Below, in pieces: positions 57,356-64,000 of a stretch of 64,000 nucleotides of DNA (positions are counted from its first letter, which is position 1; each line of letters opens with the position of its first letter). Position numbers and translations under genes: made by a program. The DNA comes from Eledone cirrhosa (Eukaryota). Under the pieces are notes generated by a model. That model was not told the origin of the DNA, made no database searches, and saw nothing but the letters and a program-made list of their open reading frames with translations. The stretch spans positions 92,194,001 through 92,258,000 of the forward strand of contig OZ024747.1 in NCBI GenBank assembly GCA_964016885.1, read 5' to 3'.

Positions 57356-57687
57356 TCAAAGTTTCACTGTGTTTTTAGTATTACGTTTAATTCCCTGTCC
57401 GTGTACAGCAGGGAGTTGAGAAGTAGTTAGCCGTGAAGATAGTAATGGTGAACCATTAGTTTGAAACTCTGACTGAAGACGCTGTCGGATTGCTTTAGCG
57501 TTGTTTGAATGTTTCGGTGTACTCAGTGAATCCCATATATTCCTCTTGTCTGTTCTCGCCTGACTTGATCCGTGTGTAGTCTCATTGTCACCAGTCTCTT
57601 GTTCTTTGTTATGTACAGATTTATCGGAATTTTCAACAGATATTCCTATTTTCAAATCAGAGTCTTTCCCATTTGTTTGAAGTGTGG
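57356..57687 (-). CDS. Second (terminal) coding exon of the same gene; joined CDS 708 nt = 235 aa + stop
   Basis: Pyrimidine-rich acceptor TTCTTCTCTTTAAAG|CC at 57688/57687. Phase 1 joins in frame with the 62335 donor. TGA at 57356. Confidence 0.7.
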
Positions 57688-58659
57688 CTTTAAAGAGAAG
57701 AAATATGAAACAAATTATTAGTTTATGTAAAGATTCATGAACGTAATCATTTTCCTTACGTCTCATATAACAATAATATTTCTGGAAGATGATTAGCGAA
57801 ATGTAACAATACCCTATCCAGAATTTTTTTTTTTGAAGTTCTGAATTTTTCAGAGTTTACGAAGCCTGATCCCTTATATTTCCCTAGAGAAAACTTTCAT
57901 TTCAAATATTGAAACTCAATATTTACAAACACAACAGAATGCCAAACTTATAAACAAAGGTATTTTAAATATTGGAATTTTTAGTTATAACATCAATATG
58001 GTGAAATTTAATATCAAATTTTTTAATGTCAAACATATATGTTCCTTTATTATTTAGTTGGATTGGCAGTATCGGTAGAGGGTCGGACGCCATGCTTTGC
58101 AGCACAGTTACGCACCTTTACGGACTGAGTTCAAATCCCGCCTAGGTTAACTTTGCCTTTCATCCTTACGGGGTCGATAAAATAAAGTACCAGTAATACA
58201 CTGGGTTAATTGCTGGCCTTGTGCCAAAGTAGAAACAATTATTTAGTTAGAAAGTAAACAACAGAATATAACTACTCCATTACCAAAGGTTTGTTGACCC
58301 TAGGCAATATTAATATACATCTAGTTCGCTCATCAGATGAAATATTTATCCTTTATTTGTTCCTTTATTATATTAATTGAAATTCACTTGAGTTGTTCTA
58401 ATAAAACTTCTTTATGTATTACAATGTATTACAATTATGTACTACAATAAAGGTCATGATAAATTACTGTTGTTAATATTTAAGGCAGTACCGGTAGAGC
58501 GTCAGACACCTTGCTGTGCAGCACGGAGTTATGGCCCTTTACGTTCTGAGTAAATTTGCCTTTCATCCTTACTGGGTCGATAAAATAAAGTACCAGTAAT
58601 GCACTGGGGTAATTACTGGACTTGTGCCAAAAGTAGAAGCAATATTTAAGCCAAATTTA

Positions 58660-59230
58660 TAACACAAGGAACAGTGCGGGGAAAGAGAAAGCGGGGCAGA
58701 CAGAGAAACTAGTGGACAAACAACATAGCTGAATGGACAGGAAAGAACTTTGCCACAACCTAAACACTCGTCAGTGACCGCCAGAAATGGAGGCAGTTGG
58801 TGCAGAGTTCAACACTGAGTGTCCCAACGACCGCCTGTTCGGGAGGGGTAAGGAATCGGACAGTTCCTTGTTATTAATCCATCGCCTTAATTTCATTTGA
58901 AATATAATACCTATATAATACCTGTCAAGCGGCTCAGCGACCGTATCTGTATCAGTGAGCTGCTCAACATTACCAAACTTAGACCAATTACATCAATCGT
59001 CAAGTCAAGTGTACTCAAACTATACGGCCATATAAAAAGATCATCTCGTGAGTAGGTTATTTCCTGGAAGTGGGTTATTTCCTGGCAGCCAAAATGATGG
59101 CTTGGTAATGTCAACTTATGGACTGGACTTTATCTTTGCTCTTTGACCTCTGCTGCTGGTGATCGAACTTTGTGGAGAGAGATATCACATGTTAATGCAC
59201 AGTCTGCAACTGACGGAGTTTAGCGTCACA
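58660..59230 (+). mobile_element. Two degenerate RTE-type LINE 3' fragments
   Basis: QGTVRGKRKRGRQ..W.NNIAEWTG...DRQKWR and LKLYGHIKR...DRTLWR. Confidence 0.65.
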
Positions 59231-59379
59231 AGATGACCTATATAGATATTATATAAAGGGCTCTGAGATTGTTTATTTACCGTGGGTAATATTTGGGAGT
59301 AAAGAAAATGTATAAATGTTGAGTGATAGGATTTGAAATAATAAGAGCTTTTATTTTAGGAATATTAGTATGGAATATA

Positions 59380-59805
59380 CAAGGTGGGCCAGAATTCATT
59401 ACTCACTTGATTATTTATAGATCTGTTAACACAAAATGTTATAAAACAAGTTAAGGAATATAATACCATATACAGGCATAAGATCATGAACAAGATATGG
59501 TAAGCACACAAATGTAGACATTTAATTAATGCCGTGCTTAGTTAAATCGGTTTTCCATTTCGTGGTCAACCTGGCCTCCTTCAGTTGCAACACAGACTTG
59601 CAACCTTATTGAAACATTTTGACATGCTTTACGACACATGTCTACCCGGATTGCTTCACATTCTTGGATAATAACTTGTTTAAGATGTTCAAGACTGTTA
59701 ATCTTGTGACGATAGACACGGTCTTTTGAATAACCCTACAAAAAAAGTCTGGTGGAGTATAAGGAGTATAACTAACAGGCGAGTTATGAATTCTGGCCCA
59801 CTATG
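59380..59805 (-). mobile_element. Internally deleted Tc1/mariner-superfamily element
   Basis: ~30 bp TIRs (CA..GTGGGCCAGAATTCAT.ACTC), TA TSDs, minus-strand transposase tail GYSKDRVYRHKINSLEHLKQVIIQECEAI...RLQVCVATEGGQVDH. Confidence 0.82.
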
Positions 59806-60284
59806 TACTATCATTTCTGTGTTTTAAAGCATCTAAAATATACAATATATTTGCTGTTTACTGTTCTTTGCGACCAGGCATGAAACATTTATTTACACCA
59901 GCACAACATTGGATGCCAAAAATAAAGTTCTATTTTAGGAAACTTTTACATATTCAACGTAATATAAATGATTTACAAAGTATTCGACAATTCAAGAAGT
60001 TCAGAAAATTTGTATTATATAAATGTGTATGAAATTGTATGAAATTACATAATTGTGTATGAAATTTCGTTGGAATTTGCAGAAATATTTCATATAATTT
60101 CATTTTACTCATCATACAAGATGTATTAGTTATATTGATCATCAAATACTTCATATACGTTCATATAAGTTACCAAGATGCATGCAATGAAATTTCTATC
60201 AATATGAAGTGTTATGAAAGACATGTTGCATTCAAATGATTATAGGGATTTGTTAGGCACTTCCTTTAAGTATTCACAAATATA

Positions 60285-60324
<40 letters not shown>

Positions 60325-60386
60325 CATACACACACACACACACACACCACCACCACCACCACCACCACCACCACCACCACCCCACA

Positions 60387-60450
<64 letters not shown>

Positions 60451-60555
60451 ATATAGGAGGGGGATAGAGAGACACAGACAGTTAAACGGATAAAAACATA
60501 TATACATGAAGATAGACACGCACGCAGATACAGACAGACAGACGTATAAAAGGAC

Positions 60556-60601
<46 letters not shown>

Positions 60602-62044
60602 GTTGCGTATCAAAGTAAAAATGTACTTAATGAGCGTGAGAAATACAAGCTGAATTCCTCAGACATAAAATTATTTTAATGATAGAATAGCTCATCAAAA
60701 ATTGCTGCTTGGTGGAGCGAAAAACAGACAAAAATCTCTTGTGGTTTGCTTCACAGTTCATTTGCATTCATCTTTGTTCCTGAATAAAATGTCACCAGCA
60801 GAATCCTAAGATGCAGTTGTGTATAAATAAATGCAGCACTATACCAATTATAATTTATATACTACTGAAACTATGTGATTGTGTGCTTGTCTATAATTTG
60901 ATACAGCCAAAACTGCGCATAATGGAAAAATACTTTGAAATGAAGTTGCCCCTGAAATGGGAATACAAATGTAATCAAACAAGTTTCGCGTAAATCGGAG
61001 CATGGGTTTCCCGAGATAAGGGGGTTTTCCGGGTACCTTCATAAATAGCCAACAGTTCCTTGATCACCAATCAGATCGCTAGGGCGCTGACCATTGTGTT
61101 TCATTTCCGAAAAGCCTTAGTGCAGTCAAGTTAAATACAGACAGGAAGAGATCCCACTTAGGTAACAACTAGACCACCCGTGACCCATATTTCCTTAGTT
61201 AGGCGGTTAATTTGGCGGTTAATTAGGCGGTTAATAAGGCGGTTAATTTGGCACAGCCTCTAGAACGTTCGATATTTGTTTCGAGTATCTGGGTTCAAAT
61301 GCCGCCGAGCTCCACTTCGCCTTTCATCCTTTATGAATCAGTAAAGGAAGTACCGGCACAGTGCTTGTGTCGTCTTCTTTCTTTTCAGTTGTCACATCCT
61401 TGATAATCTGCTGGATCAAAGGAGTGAGTGTCGTGGTGGTGTTCGTATCTACTCGCGACTGCATGAGCACCTAAAATCCTTAACGAAAGCATGGTAAATA
61501 AAATACTACGAAGTCATATTCGTTTGCGAGTGACTGTCATATTTTTTCTTTTAGTTAGTAGTGTAGTGAGAGATGGGGAAAGCAGAAGAGACGCAGGCAG
61601 TGACAGTGGGAGTTTGGTTCCTTTGAGTTAGACCAGGTGGTGTATATGTATTTGTTTCACAGACACACACTCACACTGAAGCGTTTTATAAAGTATTCTC
61701 GATGTATTTAGGCATAATACAATCAAACATTTTCATATTCAAATTTCTTTTTTTTTTTCAGTCGGTGATTTTGCCTCAACATTTCTACGAGCACAAGACA
61801 AATAATTAATTTCGTATTTAGATGATTTAATAATTTGAAAGAATTAGTTACAACAATATGATTGTGAGTAGTTTGTTGCAAAGTTCGTTCAAACCAGATA
61901 TTTTTTCTCCCTTTCTATAGCTCACGACTGTTTTGTTAAAGAATAATCAAACATACATTAAATAGCCTATTACCACCATTGTATGAAAACAACAATGGAT
62001 ATATCTATTAAATCATTGAAGGTCCTGGTCCTGGTTAATTTTAT

Positions 62045-62312
62045 TACTTTATAATGTAAAACAACGCAAATTGAGATGGTACGGGCACGTGATAAGATCT
62101 TCAGGGCTTTCCAAAACTGTCCTGCAGAGAACAGTACAATAATGGAGGAAGAGTGGCAGACAGATAAAAGATGGGAGGACAACATTCCAGAACGGACAGG
62201 CATGAACCTGGGTGCAACCGTGAGGTGGGCGGAGAGGCGAGAGGAATGGAAGGAGCTGGTTGTCAGGTGATCTGTTGCGCCCAACGGACAGATGAGATGA
62301 GATGAGATGAGA
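62045..62312 (+). mobile_element. RTE-type LINE 3' fragment with (GATGA)n tail, intronic
   Basis: RKLRWYGHVIRSSGLSKTVLQ and RWEDNI...R.EW motifs, frameshifted. Confidence 0.78.
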
Positions 62313-62334
62313 GATATTTTATTTGGAAACTTAC

Positions 62335-62710
62335 TTTCTTTGCGGTTATTTATGTGGCCCTGAGAAAAGGTTTCAGGCTCTGAAAATTTCTCTACATCAT
62401 TGTATTCAGTAATTAAATCCTCAGTATGAAGTAAACTTGTCTTCGCCTGTGCAGATATCGTCTGTTCACGGGAGATTTCCAGCAACTTCTTCTGTAATTG
62501 ATCATTTTTTACTATAGGACCACTTCCGCTTTGAATTTTATTTCGGAGACGTTTTGTCTCAAATGAGATATCACGAAACGTTACCTTCTGAGCACGCTCA
62601 ACATTTCTCAATTCGCGACTGAGCCGATTATCGGCTCGAACGTTATTTCTCAAAATGGCATCATCGTATTCCGATCTAGATACTGAACCGTACTTTTTGC
62701 GGGACGTCAT
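62335..62710 (-). CDS. First coding exon of an uncharacterised protein with an N-terminal coiled coil (weak resemblance to CCDC190-type N-termini)
   Basis: ATG at 62710, complex non-repeat sequence, donor A|GTAAGT at 62335/62334 (phase 1), upstream acceptor TTATTTCAG at ~62842. Confidence 0.7.
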
Positions 62711-63075
62711 TCTTTTTTTTTTAAATAACGTATTTGATCCTGTTTTTTGTTTGTTTTTTATCTGAACTTCTTCCTCTGATTTCTTAAGATATCACGTCCC
62801 GTATTTATGTAAACTGATCCATACAAAGAACCACATTTCTCCTGAAATAAATATAAGAAAAATTATTAAATATTTTGATTAAATATTAAGCATTCTGAAT
62901 TGTTTGTACACAAACAGTTGCAAAAGATGTTTAAACTACTGAAACAATATGCTTGTACTCTTTTAATCCTTTGAAAGACAACAATTATTCTAATCAGAAC
63001 TTCTATCTGAATTTGTTATATTATTGACTTTAGATAATCGAACACAATGAATGTACCACATACACACACACAAAC

Positions 63076-63148
<73 letters not shown>

Positions 63149-63304
63149 GTAGGGTTGCAAGTAAATGCGTCCGTAGACCGTAAGATCCTTCGAATGCAGA
63201 GTCGGGTTCGATCTGTTACAGATCTTGCCTCGAGCCGATCGACGGAGAAACATATGTAATATGTTAATAAATGTGATGTGATGCAACACTGATTCTTTGT
63301 TCTT

Positions 63305-63384
<80 letters not shown>

Positions 63385-63386
<2 letters not shown>

Positions 63387-63635
63387 GCACAGAAAATGGC
63401 TGGTTCAATACACACTTGTGTTTGTGTTTTTTCCCCTTTTTTCTCATTTTTACCCGTTCCATCCTCTTCTCACTCTTCATGTTTCTATTTATCTTATATT
63501 TCTAACTCTATCTTCTGATAAAGGACTAGTGGTCCGAAACGTTAAGACTCTTTTCCTGCTATTTCAAGCGTTAAACTAATATATTTCTTCAATGTACTGT
63601 GTCGTTTGGTTGGTTATTTCTGTTTACCTTTTACA
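63385..63635 (+). mobile_element. pLTR-like repeat (family also at 16135-16340 (-), 32860-33050, 33370-33525, 43770-43830)
   Basis: Shared GAAACGTTAAGA..CTTCCTGCT..GCGTTAAACTA..ATTTCTGTTTACCTTT sequence between TA/CA tracts. Confidence 0.65.
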
Positions 63636-63677
63636 TATATACATAACATATATATATATATATATATATATAAATAT

Positions 63678-63840
63678 AGAGGAAAATAGTCAGGCAGGAC
63701 CCTGTGGGCTGAGCCCCTGGCCGTTTCGACAGCTCAGCCGCCGGAGTCCTGACTCTTTTCCTATTACCCACTCTACTACCCTAAGTATCGAGTACTCTGG
63801 TGCATTATAGTCCACTTGGTTCCTTACCACACTTCCTTCG

Positions 63841-63842
<2 letters not shown>
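63678..63842 (+). mobile_element. Short fold-back element between (TA)n tracts
   Basis: AGGAAAATAGTCAGG...CCTGACTCTTTTCCT inverted ends. Tail CTCTACTACCCTAAGTATCGAGTACTCTGGTG. Confidence 0.7.
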
Positions 63843-63934
<92 letters not shown>

Positions 63935-63936
63935 TG

Positions 63937-63972
<36 letters not shown>

Positions 63973-64000
63973 GTAGTAGTAGTAGTAGTAGTAGTAGTAG

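Noticed and set aside
61970-62334. C-terminal half of the 246 aa ORF
   Set aside because: Read-through past a strong splice donor into an antisense RTE fragment.

Overview
AT-rich, microsatellite-dense animal genomic DNA. The SINE family and the (TA)n/(CA)n load point to a coleoid cephalopod, probably Octopus (inference). Most ORFs in the track are dinucleotide-repeat artefacts. Supported coding content: (i) a 5'-truncated Neptune-type Penelope-like element (RT + GIY-YIG) at ~39.75-42.68 kb, preceded by a ~2.7 kb inverted copy of itself; (ii) a 5'-truncated R4/Dong-like non-LTR retrotransposon (RT + CCHC + restriction-like endonuclease) at 21.7-24.2 kb ending in (TAA)n; (iii) a two-coding-exon minus-strand host gene (62710-62335 + 57687-57356, 235 aa); (iv) an SRCR-like exon at ~1.4-1.5 kb; (v) RTE and Tc1/mariner remnants. 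There are also ~30 tRNA-derived SINE copies and several MITEs. The most striking pattern is a set of about a dozen fold-back (palindromic) insertions from several unrelated sequence families. Nearly all are flanked by (TA)n, most carry a recognisable type I hammerhead ribozyme (or its 3' half) mirrored on both strands, and most have an unpaired tail on one arm, usually with a shared ATYGAGY motif. I read these as a Penelope/retrozyme-type system that targets (TA)n and integrates by snap-back synthesis. All folds and coordinates were derived by eye.
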